Below are positions 11,306 to 22,572 of a stretch of 64,000 nt of DNA, one piece after another. The stretch spans positions 10,196 to 74,195 of the forward strand of contig CAVRMG010000010.1 of the NCBI GenBank assembly GCA_963721495.1. The letters are read 5' to 3'. The notes below the pieces were generated by a model. That model did not search any database. It was not told the DNA's origin and saw only the letters and a program-made list of their open reading frames with translations. The stretch's first letter is position 1. Every line of letters starts with the position of its first letter. The DNA is from an uncultured Actinomycetota bacterium (GTDB lineage Bacteria; Actinomycetota; Actinomycetes; Mycobacteriales; Mycobacteriaceae). A program made the position numbers and the translations under genes.

Positions 11306-12528
11306 CGGCGTTCGACACCCTCTGGCCGACGATCCTGGACGTCGGCAGGCACACCTCGACCGGCGGATACCGGCGCTACGCATGGACAGACGCCGATCTG
11401 ACATTGCGTGAGTGGTTCTCCGGCTGCGCCGCCAAGCGCGGCATGGATGTCGAGGAGGACCGCAACGGCAATCTGTGGGCGTGGTGGATGCCGTCTGGCT
11501 GGTCCGGCGATCCGGGCGGCGCATTCGTGACCGGCTCCCATCTGGATTCGGTTCCCGACGGTGGCGCCTTCGACGGGCCACTGGGTGTGGTGTCCGCGTT
11601 CGCTGCCGTCGACATCGTGCGTGAGCGGGGCGTGGTGCCGACGGTTCCCGTTGCGGTCGTCGCCTTCTCCGACGAGGAGGGAGCGCGATTCGGTGTCGCG
11701 TGCATCGGCTCCCAGCTGTCCACCGGTGCGTTGAGCGCCGAGAGGGCCCGCGGGCTGCGGGACGTCCACGGTGTGACGTTGGATGAGGCGATGACGAAGG
11801 CGGGCCGCAGGCCCGAGCATCTCGGTACCGATCCGCGGCTGGCCGATCGCGTCGGCGTCTTCGTCGAATTGCACGTGGAGCAGGGCCGCGCACTGGATCT
11901 CGTCGAGCGGCCGATCGCCGTCGCGTCGGCCATCTGGCCGCACGGGCGCTGGCAGTTCACGTTCTGCGGCGAGGCGAACCACGCAGGCACCACCCGGCTG
12001 GCGGATCGACACGACCCGATGCTCGCGTTCGCGTCGTCGGTGCACGCGGCACGGACGCTGGCCGCCGCTCACGAAGCGGTCGCGACGTTCGGCAAGGTCA
12101 TCGTCGCGCCCAACGGGGCCAACGCGATTCCGTCATCGGTGCACGCGTGGCTCGATGCCCGCGCCGCCGACGAGGCAACGCTGCGGTCGCTCGTCGACAA
12201 GATCACTGCCGAAGCGCGGCAGCACGCCGCTGCCGACGGTATCGAACTCGGGGTGGCCGCCGAGTCGGTCACGCCGATCGTCGAGTTTCCCGCGGGCCCG
12301 AGGGCCCGGCTGCAACGGGCGCTGGCCGACCTCGGCGACATCCCGGTGCTGCCGACCCAGGCCGGCCATGACGCAGGCATCCTGTCCCCTGTGGTCCCGA
12401 CCGCAATGTTGTTCGTTCGCAACCCAACCGGGGTGTCGCATTCGCCGACGGAGTTCGCAGAGTCAGGCGACTGCAATGCAGGAGCGGTGGCGTTGGCCGA
12501 CGTCATGGCGGACTGGGTGGCACCGTGA
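11302..12528 (+). CDS. M20 allantoate-amidohydrolase-like enzyme, probable N-formylglutamate hydrolase
   Basis: [40 protein letters not shown]; located between hutU and hutF. Confidence 0.85.
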   Translation: MTAFDTLWPTILDVGRHTSTGGYRRYAWTDADLTLREWFSGCAAKRGMDVEEDRNGNLWAWWMPSGWSGDPGGAFVTGSHLDSVPDGGAFDGPLGVVSAFAAVDIVRERGVVPTVPVAVVAFSDEEGARFGVACIGSQLSTGALSAERARGLRDVHGVTLDEAMTKAGRRPEHLGTDPRLADRVGVFVELHVEQGRALDLVERPIAVASAIWPHGRWQFTFCGEANHAGTTRLADRHDPMLAFASSVHAARTLAAAHEAVATFGKVIVAPNGANAIPSSVHAWLDARAADEATLRSLVDKITAEARQHAAADGIELGVAAESVTPIVEFPAGPRARLQRALADLGDIPVLPTQAGHDAGILSPVVPTAMLFVRNPTGVSHSPTEFAESGDCNAGAVALADVMADWVAP

Positions 12529-13889
12529 CAGACACGTGGTGGTGCGAACACGCCTGGCTCGGGGGCGATTCTGTGGCCGACGGCGTTCTGTTCAGCGTCA
12601 GCGACGGCCTGATCACCGCGATCGACACCGACACCAGCGCGCAGCCCGGCTCACACCGGCTGCGCGGACTGGTCATTCCTGGCCTTGCCAACGCACATTC
12701 GCACGCCTTCCACCGGGCGCTGCGCTCACGCACCCAACGCGACCGCGGATCGTTCTGGACCTGGCGCGACCTGATGTACCGCGCGGCCGAGCGACTGAAC
12801 CCCGATCGCTACCGGCGGCTCGCCAGAGCCGTGTACGCCGAGATGACGCTGGCGGGAATCACCGCGGTCGGCGAGTTCCACTATGTGCACCACGATTCCG
12901 GCGGCACCCACTACTCCGATCCGAATGCGATGGGACACGCCGTGATCGACGGCGCCGCCGCCGCAGGTATTCGCCTCACCCTGCTCGACACCTGCTACCT
13001 GAGTTCCGGGCCCGACGGGTCACCGCTGGCAGGCCCTCAGCAGCGGTTCGGCGACGGCACCGGTGACCGGTGGGCACAGCGCGTCGAGGCGCTACGACAG
13101 CAGGTCGGTGCCCTACCGTCCGTCCTGGTCGGCGCCGCCCTGCATTCCGTCAGGGGTGTGCCCGTCGAGCACATGCCTGCAGTTGTGGAATGGGCTACTG
13201 CGCACGGTGTTCCGCTGCACGTCCATTCGTCGGAGCAGACCCGCGAAGTCGAGCAGTGCCTCGCGGTGCACGGCCGCACGCCGACTGCAGTGCTGCGCGA
13301 CGTCGGGGCACTGGGGCCGCGGTCGACGGCCGTGCACGCCACCCACTTGACAGTCGAGGACATCGCCGACCTTGATCGGACGGCGACCGGAGTGTGCTTC
13401 TGCCCCACCACCGAACGCGACCTCGGCGACGGAATCGGGCCCGCACCCGCACTGCTCGCCGGACGCGGACTGTTCTGCCTCGGTTCCGACAGCCACGCCG
13501 TGATCGATCTGTTCGAAGAGGCCCGTGCCGTCGAACTCAACGAACGCCTCGCCTCCCGCACGCGCGGCAACATTGCTGCCGACCGCCTGCTGCGGGCCGC
13601 GACCTACGATGGCCAACGCGCCATCGGCTGGGCCGACGCCGGAGAACTCGTGGTGGGCGCGCGAGCGGACTTTGTTGCAGTGCAGATGGATTCGATCCGC
13701 ACCGCGGGCGGCGGTGCAACGGTGGAGAACGTAGTCTTCGCCGCGGCGGCACCCGACGTCACCGACGTGGTGGTCGACGGACGCGCCGTAGTGGTCGGCG
13801 GCAAGCATCTCACCGTGCCGGACGTGGAAGCCGAACTCGCATCCGCCATTGCGGATCTGATGGACACTTCGATGGAGGCCGCCCGATGA
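12525..13889 (+). CDS. hutF: formimidoylglutamate deiminase
   Basis: [46 protein letters not shown]. Confidence 0.95.
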   Translation: MTDTWWCEHAWLGGDSVADGVLFSVSDGLITAIDTDTSAQPGSHRLRGLVIPGLANAHSHAFHRALRSRTQRDRGSFWTWRDLMYRAAERLNPDRYRRLARAVYAEMTLAGITAVGEFHYVHHDSGGTHYSDPNAMGHAVIDGAAAAGIRLTLLDTCYLSSGPDGSPLAGPQQRFGDGTGDRWAQRVEALRQQVGALPSVLVGAALHSVRGVPVEHMPAVVEWATAHGVPLHVHSSEQTREVEQCLAVHGRTPTAVLRDVGALGPRSTAVHATHLTVEDIADLDRTATGVCFCPTTERDLGDGIGPAPALLAGRGLFCLGSDSHAVIDLFEEARAVELNERLASRTRGNIAADRLLRAATYDGQRAIGWADAGELVVGARADFVAVQMDSIRTAGGGATVENVVFAAAAPDVTDVVVDGRAVVVGGKHLTVPDVEAELASAIADLMDTSMEAAR

Positions 13890-15091
13890 CCGTGCTGTAC
13901 ACCGACATCGGTGAGCTCGTCACCAATGACCCCACCCGCGGCGATGGTGACCCGCTGGGCATCATCGCCGACGCGGCGCTGGTCGTCGACGGCTCAGAGA
14001 TCGTGTGGGTGGGCCGCCGTGCCGACGCTCCGGATGCCGATGATCGAGTCAGTTGTGCCGACGCCAGCGTGATCCCCGGATTCGTCGACAGCCATTCGCA
14101 TCTGGTGTTTGCGGGCGAACGGTCGGCCGAGTTTGCGGCGCGGATGAGCGGCCAGCCCTACGGGGCGGGCGGGATCGCGTCCACGGTGGCGGCCACCCGC
14201 GCCGCCGACGACGCGACACTTCTCGCACGAGTCCAGCGACTCGCCGACGAGCTGCTTCGCGCCGGGGTCACCACCTTCGAGTGCAAGAGCGGCTACGGGC
14301 TGACGGTCGAAGACGAGGCCCGCTCATTGCGGATCGCCGGGGCAGTCACCGACGAGACGACATTCCTCGGCGCGCACGTCGTTCCCGCCGAGTTCCGCGA
14401 CGACCGAGCGGCGTATATCGACCTGGTCACCGGCCCGATGCTGCAGGCCTGCGCACCGCACGCCCGCTGGGTGGATGTGTTCTGCGATCGCGGCGCGTTC
14501 GACGTCGACGAGGCCCGCCACATCCTCAGCAGCGGGATGGCCGCCGGGCTGACCCCGCGGCTGCACGCAGGCCAACTCGGCCCCAGCGCGGGCATCCGGC
14601 TCGCGGTCGAGCTCGGCGCGGCCTCGGTGGATCACTGCACCTATGCCACCGACGACGACGTCGAAGCACTCGCAGGCGCCGCCGACACCACCGTCGCTAC
14701 GCTGCTGCCCGGGGCGGAATTCTCCACGCGCGCACGGTATCCCGATGCGAAGCGGCTCATCGACGCAGGCGCCACGGTCGCATTGGCGACCGACTGCAAT
14801 CCCGGCAGTTCGTTCACCACCAGCATGCCGTTCTGCATGGCCGTCGCGGTGCGCGACATGAATTTCACTCCGGCCCAGGCATTGTGGGCGGCCACCGCGG
14901 GCGGTGCCGCTGCGCTGCGCCGCAGCGATGTCGGGGTCCTCGCGGCAGGACGGCGAGCGGACTTCGTCCGGCTGGACGCACCGTCGTACATACACCTGGC
15001 GTACCGGCCCGGTGTGCCGCTGGTGCGCGATGTCGTCAGGGCCGGACAGCACTTGCCGCATTCCTACAACAAGGTGGAGTCACGATCGTGA
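13886..15091 (+). CDS. hutI: imidazolonepropionase
   Basis: [36 protein letters not shown]; ATG 13886 overlaps the hutF stop. Confidence 0.95.
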   Translation: MTVLYTDIGELVTNDPTRGDGDPLGIIADAALVVDGSEIVWVGRRADAPDADDRVSCADASVIPGFVDSHSHLVFAGERSAEFAARMSGQPYGAGGIASTVAATRAADDATLLARVQRLADELLRAGVTTFECKSGYGLTVEDEARSLRIAGAVTDETTFLGAHVVPAEFRDDRAAYIDLVTGPMLQACAPHARWVDVFCDRGAFDVDEARHILSSGMAAGLTPRLHAGQLGPSAGIRLAVELGAASVDHCTYATDDDVEALAGAADTTVATLLPGAEFSTRARYPDAKRLIDAGATVALATDCNPGSSFTTSMPFCMAVAVRDMNFTPAQALWAATAGGAAALRRSDVGVLAAGRRADFVRLDAPSYIHLAYRPGVPLVRDVVRAGQHLPHSYNKVESRS

Positions 15092-16634
15092 ATACCGAAG
15101 CCGTCGTCGTGGGCATCGGCCCGGTGTCGTTCGACGAGGTGGTGCGTGTCGCCCGCGATGGGGCCGCAGTCACCATTTCCGACGAGTCGCTGGACGCGAT
15201 CGCCAAGAGCCGCGCCCGCATCGAGCAGCTCGCCAACGACCCCAAGCCGGTCTACGGGGTATCCACCGGGTTCGGCGCGCTAGCCACCCGGCATATCCCC
15301 CGCGAGCTGAGAACCCAATTGCAGCGCAGCCTGATTCGCTCACACGCCGCCGGATCGGGATCGGAGATCGAGCAAGAAGTCGTCAGGGCCATGATGCTGC
15401 TGCGGTTGTCGACATTGGCCACCGGCCGCACCGGTGTGCGACCGGAGGTCGCGCAGACGTATGCGGCGATGCTGTCGGCCGGACTGACGCCCGTCGTCTA
15501 CGAATACGGCAGCCTCGGCTGCTCCGGCGATCTCGCGCCCCTGGCCCACGTGGCGCTGTCGGCCATCGGCGAGGGTTCGGTGCGCACCGCCGACGGCGAA
15601 CTGCTGCCGTCCGCCGACGCGCTGGCCCGGCACGGCATCGAGCCGGTCGTGCTCGCCGAGAAGGAGGGCCTTGCCCTGATCAACGGCACCGACGGCATGC
15701 TCGGCATGCTGGTGCTGGCGCTGCGCGACCTCGACGCGCTGCTGAAACTGGCCGACGTCGCCGCCGCCATGAGTGTCGAGGGCCTCCTCGGCACCGAACG
15801 GGTGTTCGCCGCGGATCTGCACGCCATGCGACCGCATCCGGGTCAGGGCGACGCCGCGGCCAACATGCGTCGCGTGCTCGCCGAATCTCCGATCGTGGCC
15901 AGCCACAGCGGCCCGGACTGCTCGCTGGTCCAGGACGCGTACTCGCTGCGCTGCGCACCCCAGGTCGCGGGCGCCGCGCGCGACACCGTCGAGCATGCCC
16001 GCACCGTCGCCGGCCGCGAATTGGCAAGTGCCGTGGATAATCCCGTCGTCACGCTCGACGGACGCGTGGAATCCAACGGCAACTTCCATGGCGCCCCTGT
16101 CGCGTACGTGCTGGACTTCCTCGCCATCGTCGTCGCCGATCTGGCGAGCATCAGCGAGCGGCGCACGGACCGGTTCCTCGACGTCGCCCGCAGCCACGGC
16201 CTCAATCCGTTCCTCGCCGACGATCCCGGCGTCGACAGCGGGCACATGATCGCCCAGTACACGCAGGCGGCGATCGTGTCCGAACTCAAGCGGCTGGCCA
16301 ACCCGGCCAGCGTCGACTCGATCCCGTCGTCGGCGATGCAGGAGGATCACGTCTCCATGGGGTGGTCGGCGGCGCGCAAGCTGCGCAGGGCCATCGACGG
16401 ACTGACCCGGGTGCTGGCGGTCGAGGTGTACACCGCCGCACGCGGTATCGAAATGCGCGCCCCGCTGGCGAGCGTCGCCCGCGACCGCCGCCGTCATCGC
16501 GGACGGTCCGGAAATCCGTTCCGGGACCGGGCACCGACCGGTACCTGTCACCGGAGATCGACGCCGTCGTCGCCATGGCCGCCTCGGGGGCGTTGGTGAC
16601 GGCCGCCGAAAGGGTCGCCGGCCCCTTGGCCTAG
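15088..16634 (+). CDS. hutH: histidine ammonia-lyase (two apparent +1 indels near 16470-16500)
   Basis: [18 protein letters not shown] (MIO triad C-S-G), [31 protein letters not shown]; C-terminus DRYLSPEID continues in another frame to TAG 16634. Confidence 0.95.
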
Positions 16635-17020
16635 GAGCTCGTCGGCGCCTCGACGTCGAAGATCAGCGCAACCGTGCTCCCTATCGACCGGGCAAACGTG
16701 CGATCGTCGAGGTCGTCCAGACCCGTCGACACGCGCAAAAAGTCGCCGAACAGGCACCAGCCCAACTGCAGCGCAATCGTGTGTGCCGCGGCAAGCCGCG
16801 CGCCGAGTTCGGTGGAATACCGCGCCCGGACGGTGTCGAGCAGCAGTTCCATTGTCGGAAAGCGGCTTTGCAATTTGCCAATCGAATAGCCGTCGAGCGA
16901 GACACGGGCAAGGACCCGCAGCTGACGGTCGACCGCTTCACCGATCGCGGCTTCATCTGCCTTCGCGGCCAGGAGTTCGGCCAGGTGTTGGCCGAGGTGA
17001 TCGAGCACCGCCGCCACACG
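16631..17020 (-). pseudogene. probable TetR-like regulator lacking its N-terminal HTH
   Basis: AAVLDHLGQHLAELL...VLARVSLDG...ALQLGWCLF resembles a TetR C-terminal domain and is joined out of frame to the membrane protein N-terminus. Confidence 0.5.
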
Positions 17021-17178
17021 TTGAGGGCGCGAAAAACCAAGCGGCCGATGCCAAGCCCGATCGCCAGCGTGACTCCGGGCGCACGGAACTTCAGAGGCGC
17101 CTCGATGAAGGAGATCGCCAACACCATGCCCAGCCATACGAACGCCGCGGCGGCCGCGACGGCGAATGCTGGGTTCAC
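17020..17178 (-). pseudogene. 5' half of a small membrane protein, truncated by deletion
   Basis: MNPAFAVAAAAAFVWLGMVLAISFIEAPLKFRAPGVTLAIGLGIGRLVFRALN then unrelated sequence; the 7274-7570 copy retains the missing C-terminus. Confidence 0.65.
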
Positions 17179-17213
17179 GGACGGTGAGCCTATGACAATG
17201 GAATCGTGGGGAT

Positions 17214-17408
17214 ATGAATATCGATCGGGTCGCAGAAATTCAGCGCTGGCAGGACTCCGGCGCTGTGTGGGAGGTCGTCTCCCGCAGAGGCGACACCGTG
17301 ACGATCGCGCTGTTGCGCTGCGACGGCGGCGAAGAGATGGACCGGTTCACGTCCGACGACCCACGGCTACTGGACTTCATCGGTGACCGGCAAAGCAGCG
17401 AGGAGTAA
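17214..17408 (+). CDS. small conserved hypothetical protein (64 aa)
   Basis: RWQDSGAVW...LLRCDGGEEMDRF; has a decayed paralog at 7972. Confidence 0.75.
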   Translation: MNIDRVAEIQRWQDSGAVWEVVSRRGDTVTIALLRCDGGEEMDRFTSDDPRLLDFIGDRQSSEE

Positions 17409-17416
17409 GACGCTTC

Positions 17417-17956
17417 CTAAACGCCGCCGCGACGCACCAGATCGACGAACGCCTGCGCCGCGGCGTCGACGCCATCGCGATCGTCGGTGGCGACCAGGTC
17501 GAGCAACAAACCCCGCGCGACCGCCAGGCCGAGACGCATCGTCGCGGGATCGACCGCCCGCGCGGCGTCGTCGGCAAGCCAGGAATCCACGGCGCCCGGC
17601 AGCATCTTCGCGAACGGCTCCTCCCCCTGGACGCCGCGGGCGTAGCACTCGAAGAACAGGCGCTCGAAAGGGCGCAGTTCGGGGCGGCGGAGGTTGGCCC
17701 ACATCGCGGCGATCGCGTCCGCCGGATGTTCCGGCAGCTCATGCATGAGCGCCATCTGACGCCGCTCGACCTGGTCGACGATGGCCAGCAGGAGTTCGTT
17801 GCGCGAGCCGAAGTGATGCAACAGCATGCGATGGCTGGTGCCGACGGCCGCGGCCACATCCCGCAGCGAGCGGTCGCCGATGCCCCCTACCGCGAACTCC
17901 TCCACCACCGCGTCGAGCAGCTCCTGGCGCCGCTCGAGGTCAGGAGGCCGGGCCAT
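17417..17956 (-). CDS. TetR-family regulator
   Basis: RRQELLDAVV...SLRDVAAAVGTSHRMLLHHFGS HTH. Confidence 0.92.
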   Translation of the reverse strand: MARPPDLERRQELLDAVVEEFAVGGIGDRSLRDVAAAVGTSHRMLLHHFGSRNELLLAIVDQVERRQMALMHELPEHPADAIAAMWANLRRPELRPFERLFFECYARGVQGEEPFAKMLPGAVDSWLADDAARAVDPATMRLGLAVARGLLLDLVATDDRDGVDAAAQAFVDLVRRGGV

Positions 17957-18386
17957 CGAGGTGATGCAGATGCTCGCTTCGGCTCTTGAGACCTTCGGAC
18001 TCCAGTTCGAGATAGCGCCGCGTCATCCGCCGCATGAGCAGGCCGACCACGGCACCGACGGGACCACGTTGGTCGAGCTGCTGACGAACCCGGGTGCGAC
18101 TCTCGGAGAGTGCGGTGACGTCGTGGCTGGCCGCAGTCAGCCCGCCGGGCGAGCGCTGCACCCAGGTCCACGACTTGCCGGGTGCCAGATCGGTGACCTC
18201 CCACACCAGCTTCGGCATGCGCGGTTGCTTGATCTCGAATCGCCTGCCCACCGCGAGTCCCGGCCCGTCGAGTGCGACCAGGCTGGTCACCGAATCCGTC
18301 CATTCGGGCCAGTGCTCGACATCGCTGAAGACATCCCAGACAACAGTGGCCGGCGCATCGATGTCGACGCCGCTGTCGGTAATCAT
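17940..18386 (-). CDS. SRPBCC/polyketide cyclase family protein
   Basis: IDAPATVVWDVFSDVEHWPEW...EGLKSRSE. Confidence 0.88.
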   Translation of the reverse strand: MITDSGVDIDAPATVVWDVFSDVEHWPEWTDSVTSLVALDGPGLAVGRRFEIKQPRMPKLVWEVTDLAPGKSWTWVQRSPGGLTAASHDVTALSESRTRVRQQLDQRGPVGAVVGLLMRRMTRRYLELESEGLKSRSEHLHHLDGPAS

Positions 18387-18404
18387 GTACCAGACGGTAC
18401 ATGA
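18383..18404. promoter_or_regulatory. probable TetR operator
   Basis: Perfect inverted repeat TCATGTACC-AGAC-GGTACATGA overlapping the SRPBCC start codon. Confidence 0.75.
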
Positions 18405-18526
18405 ATAATGCCGTTAGCGAAAGCGACCGCCACACCCGCAAACGTTCGAAATGCATACGCAAACAGCGGACCCTTATACCGTCGAGCAATCACCTCGTAG
18501 GACCCCATCACGGAAGGACGCCTTTC

Positions 18527-20870
18527 TTGGCAACGACGCCGACTGGGTACGGACGGTTCATCGGCAGGGTCGGCGCGTTGGCAGTCGCGCTGGGGATCGG
18601 GGCGGCCATCGCCAACAGCCCGGGGATCGCGTGGGCACAAGACGGTCCATCCGGCGCATCGGACGCGTCATCTGGGGGCGCGCGAGCATCGAACGCGGGC
18701 GCGAGGACCGGTGCGTCGGGCTCGCCTGGTTCGGCGGCCCCGGGACCGTCCGAAGGCTCCGGTGCGTCGGGCTCGTCCGGTTCGGCGGCCCAGGGACCGT
18801 CCGACGACTCCGATTCGTCGCGCGACCACGCCGACCCGTCGGGCGATGACGCGGACACCGACGAGGGCGCGGACGCCGCGGACCGAGAGACAACCGACGA
18901 GGGCGACACCGATCAGGAGGAGAGCGAGTCGACGGACAATGGCGACGAGTCGTCAGAGTCGAAGACGCCCGAGGGCGTCGACGAAACGGCCGACCACACG
19001 GACGGCACATCGGACACGCGAAGTGGACACGACGACAACTCCCTGACCGACGACGTCGAGACGTCGCATCCACAGACGAGCACCGCATCGCAAACCGTCG
19101 TCACATCGACGCACACCGACGAGGACGACACGAACGAGGGGATGCGTATCGCCGCAGACACCGATTCGGCTGCCTCGTTGGCAGTTTCGACGTTCGCGGC
19201 GATCGTTCCGCAGTCCACACCGACGTCGACGCGGGTCAGTTCCCCCGCCGCCGCGGTGACCACCGGCATCGGCGGATTGTTCAGCACGGTCTTGTCCGCG
19301 TTGGGATTCGGCTCACAAGCTGCCAGTGGCCCCGTGGCACCGCCGCAGCCGCCACTGCTGTGGGCGATGCTGGGCTGGGTGCGCCGAGAACTCGGGCACA
19401 TCGTCTCGCCCCTCGTCTCGACCACCGGAGGGCCGGTGGCGGCGTTGTTGGCAGAGGACGTTTCGAGCGCACGCGGACAGTCCACTGGCGACGCCGGAAC
19501 AGTTGGCCGCCGAGAAGCTGGCCACGCAGACCGCCAACTCGCTGCCGGTGGCATTGATGAAACTCGTCCTGCGGCAACAATTCCTGGACGCGGCCAACAA
19601 GTTGTACCCGGAGGGCGTGGACGCGGAGAACCTGGCGGCACTCGACAAAGCGGTCAACGAGTACGCCATGGGCGCAGCCTTTCAGCAACTGCTGCTGAAC
19701 TCGATGACGCCAAAATTCATCACCCAGGTAGCCCCACCGCACATCTGGTTCGGCCAGAACGTGCCCGGCTCACGGATCCTGTACGACAACCCGGACACCA
19801 TCTACCGTTTCACGGGCGTCAACGGCGCCTCGGAATACGAAATCCGGGGCCAGATCCACAACTACTCCGATGCGGACGCGCGCCCGGCCAACATCACCTT
19901 CAGCGTGCTCGAAGGCCTGGCCGGGACGACGTCGACGGTCTTGACTGTTGACGACGATTTCGAGATCGACGAGGACGGGAACTTCGTCATCACCGTGAGC
20001 CGGGCGCCGACCGGCGGGCCGAATCACCTTCAGCTCACCGCTGGGTCGACGATCATCGCTGCCCGCGACACACTGGGTGACTGGAACGACGAAACCCCGA
20101 TGAGCCTGTCGATCGAGCGGGTCGGCGGTCCGCCCAACAGCCTGTTCGCCCAGATCGGCGGGTTCGCGTTCCTCGGAAACCTGGTGGCGAACAATCCCCT
20201 GCTGACCACGCTGGTATCGCTGGTTCCGCCGCTGCCGTTCGAGCCGCCACTGCTGCGCGGCCTGTTCGCCGCGGCGATCCTGATCGTCAGAGGTGCCGGC
20301 GAGCAGGCCAAGTACATGGCGCTCGCGACCACCGACCCGAAGACCGGCGAAGCCCGACCGGTCAATACCGTGAGTCAGCCGGCCAGCAATGCTGAATTCC
20401 TGGCCAACCAGAAGCAGAGCAACGGGCACTTCCAGCTTGAGGATGGGCAGGCACTCGTGTTGACCATCGACCCTGGCGACGCCAAGTATTTCGTCGTTCC
20501 GACGTACGACATCTGGACGATCACCGACAACTACTGGGACCAGCCGACCAGCCTCAACAACGAACAGATGGGTTGTTTCCAAAACGCCGACGGCACGTAC
20601 ACCGTGGTGATCTCGCCGACGGATCCCCTTGCAGCGAACTGGGTTTCGACCGGTGGCCTGAACCAAGGCACGATCGCCATCCGATTCCAGGATCTAGACC
20701 CCGAGGCGCCCAATCAGCCGCAGATCGTCGACCAGCGGGTGTTGACGCACGAGGAGTTGGCGGGCTTCCTGCCGGCGGACGCCTTCATCACGCAGCAGGA
20801 GCGTGACGATCAGCTTGAACTGCGCAAGGCGGGCTTCGACAAACGTTGGGCGCCGTTCGCGCAGCCGTAA
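18527..20870 (+). CDS. secreted protein with low-complexity acidic linker and DUF1214-like C-terminal domain (apparent frameshift ~19470)
   Basis: TTG start after GGAAGGA; signal RFIGRVGALAVALGIG...IAWA; D/S/T-rich linker; the second frame carries YDNPDTIYR, DGNFVITVS, DGTYTVVIS, NWVSTGG. Confidence 0.7.
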
Positions 20871-20873
20871 CGC

Positions 20874-22562
20874 ATGGAGATCCCATTCGCCGATAACGTT
20901 TCCGCTCGCCGCGGCCGTCGCGAAGCGGCACTGAACCTCATCGAGGCTGTCGAGAACGAGAACATCGACTCCGTCTCCGCCGTCGATCTTCCGTCGACCG
21001 AGCCGGCACTGCTGCTGCAGAAGATGGAGAACAAACTCGTCCGGCACCATCTGGCCGCACCCGATGTGTTGAGCGGCCAGGAGATGCGCAAGTTGCGCTA
21101 CATCCTCAACTTTGCCCGGCTCGCCGACTTCGAACCGGGGGCCGCGGGTCCGACCGGCAGCAGGGGACGCGGGGACGTTTCGGTGGGCGCCGAGATCGCG
21201 CCGTGGCGGGGCAGGGTCGCCGACGCGCTGCACGGACCGTTGCGCGAAGAGCGTGACCCGGCAACGGCATTGACAGCCGCCCGCGATGTTCTCAGAGGTC
21301 TGACCGACGACCAGGACGAGCAGCGCCGACTGCTGATCGAGCGGCACGGCAACGACTTCTCCGCCGCCGAACTGGATGCCGAGGTCGGCTACAAGAAGCT
21401 GGTCACCGTGTTGGGCGGTGGAGGCGGCGCAGGCTTCGTCTACATCGGAGGCATGCAGCGACTGCTCGAGGCAGACCAGGTACCGGACTACATGATCGGC
21501 GCATCGTTCGGCTCGATCATGGGAAGCGTGGTCGCCCGGGCGCTGCCGGTGCCGATCGGCGAGTACGTCGCGTGGGCCAAAACCGTGTCCTACGGGGCGA
21601 TCCTCGGGCCCGAGCGGCTTCGCCGCAGACACGGGTTGGCAGGCCTGTTTTCGCTGCGCTTTAATCAGTTCGCCCAGGCACTGTTCAGTCGTGAGGACGG
21701 CAACCAAATGCGGATGTCGGACTTGGCGATTCCGTTCGACGCCGTGGTCGCCGGTGTGCGCAGGCAGCCGTACTCGGCGCTGCCGTCGAGGTTCCGCCGC
21801 CCGGAACTGGCGGCGCTGCAGATGCGTTCGGTTCCGTTTCGCCCGATCGGCATCGGCCCGCAGGTGGCGGCGCGACTGTGGCAGGTGTCGGCGTTCATCG
21901 ATCTACGGGTCGTCAAACCGATCGTCATCGGTGACGACGACTTGACTCGCGATTTCAACGTCGTCGACGCGGCTTCGTTCTCGTCAGCGATTCCCGGTGT
22001 GCTGCACCACGAGACGAGCGACCCGCGCATGGTTCCGCTTCTCGACGCCCTATGCGACGACAAGGACGTCGCGGCGTTGGTCGACGGCGGCGCGGCGAGC
22101 AACGTTCCGGTCGAGTTGGCGTGGAAGCGGGTCCGTGATGGCAGGCTGGGCACCCGCAACGCATGCTACCTTGCGTTCGATTGCTTTCATCCGCAATGGG
22201 ATCCACGGCATCTGTGGCTCGTCCCTATCGCCCAGGCGGTGCAGCTGCAGATGGTACGTAACGCGCCCTACGCCGACCATCTCGTGCGGTTCGCGCCCAC
22301 ACTGTCTCCTGCGAACCTCGCGCCGTCGCCAGCGTCCATCGACCGTGCCTGCGTATGGGGCCGCAAGAGCGTTGACAAGGCGATTCCGGTGACAACCGCG
22401 CTGCTGCAACCGACGTGGTGGGAAGGTGATCGCCCGGCTGTCCCCGGTGCCGAGTCCGATGCGCACGCGACCTCGCTGGCCTCTCCGATGAGCGCCGTGA
22501 TGGCCGCGATTCAGCAGCCCCAGAATCGTTTGGCGCGGTGGCGAAGCCGCCGACTGACGTGA
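20874..22562 (+). CDS. patatin-like phospholipase
   Basis: GGGGGAG oxyanion loop, GASFG nucleophile, DGG motif. Confidence 0.9.
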   Translation: MEIPFADNVSARRGRREAALNLIEAVENENIDSVSAVDLPSTEPALLLQKMENKLVRHHLAAPDVLSGQEMRKLRYILNFARLADFEPGAAGPTGSRGRGDVSVGAEIAPWRGRVADALHGPLREERDPATALTAARDVLRGLTDDQDEQRRLLIERHGNDFSAAELDAEVGYKKLVTVLGGGGGAGFVYIGGMQRLLEADQVPDYMIGASFGSIMGSVVARALPVPIGEYVAWAKTVSYGAILGPERLRRRHGLAGLFSLRFNQFAQALFSREDGNQMRMSDLAIPFDAVVAGVRRQPYSALPSRFRRPELAALQMRSVPFRPIGIGPQVAARLWQVSAFIDLRVVKPIVIGDDDLTRDFNVVDAASFSSAIPGVLHHETSDPRMVPLLDALCDDKDVAALVDGGAASNVPVELAWKRVRDGRLGTRNACYLAFDCFHPQWDPRHLWLVPIAQAVQLQMVRNAPYADHLVRFAPTLSPANLAPSPASIDRACVWGRKSVDKAIPVTTALLQPTWWEGDRPAVPGAESDAHATSLASPMSAVMAAIQQPQNRLARWRSRRLT

Positions 22563-22572
22563 GGGCAGTCAG

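Noticed and set aside
10298-11893. Long antisense and alternate-frame ORFs here and throughout the window
   Set aside because: R/P/A-rich shadow ORFs of high-GC genes with no recognisable motifs
14053-15087. Apparent 848-aa HutH with a long N-terminal extension
   Set aside because: The extension overlaps hutI out of frame; the real start is GTG 15088
18711-18805. Short direct repeat GGTGCGTCGGGCTCG..GGTTCGGCGGCCC.GGGACCGTCCGA
   Set aside because: In-frame duplication within a low-complexity linker
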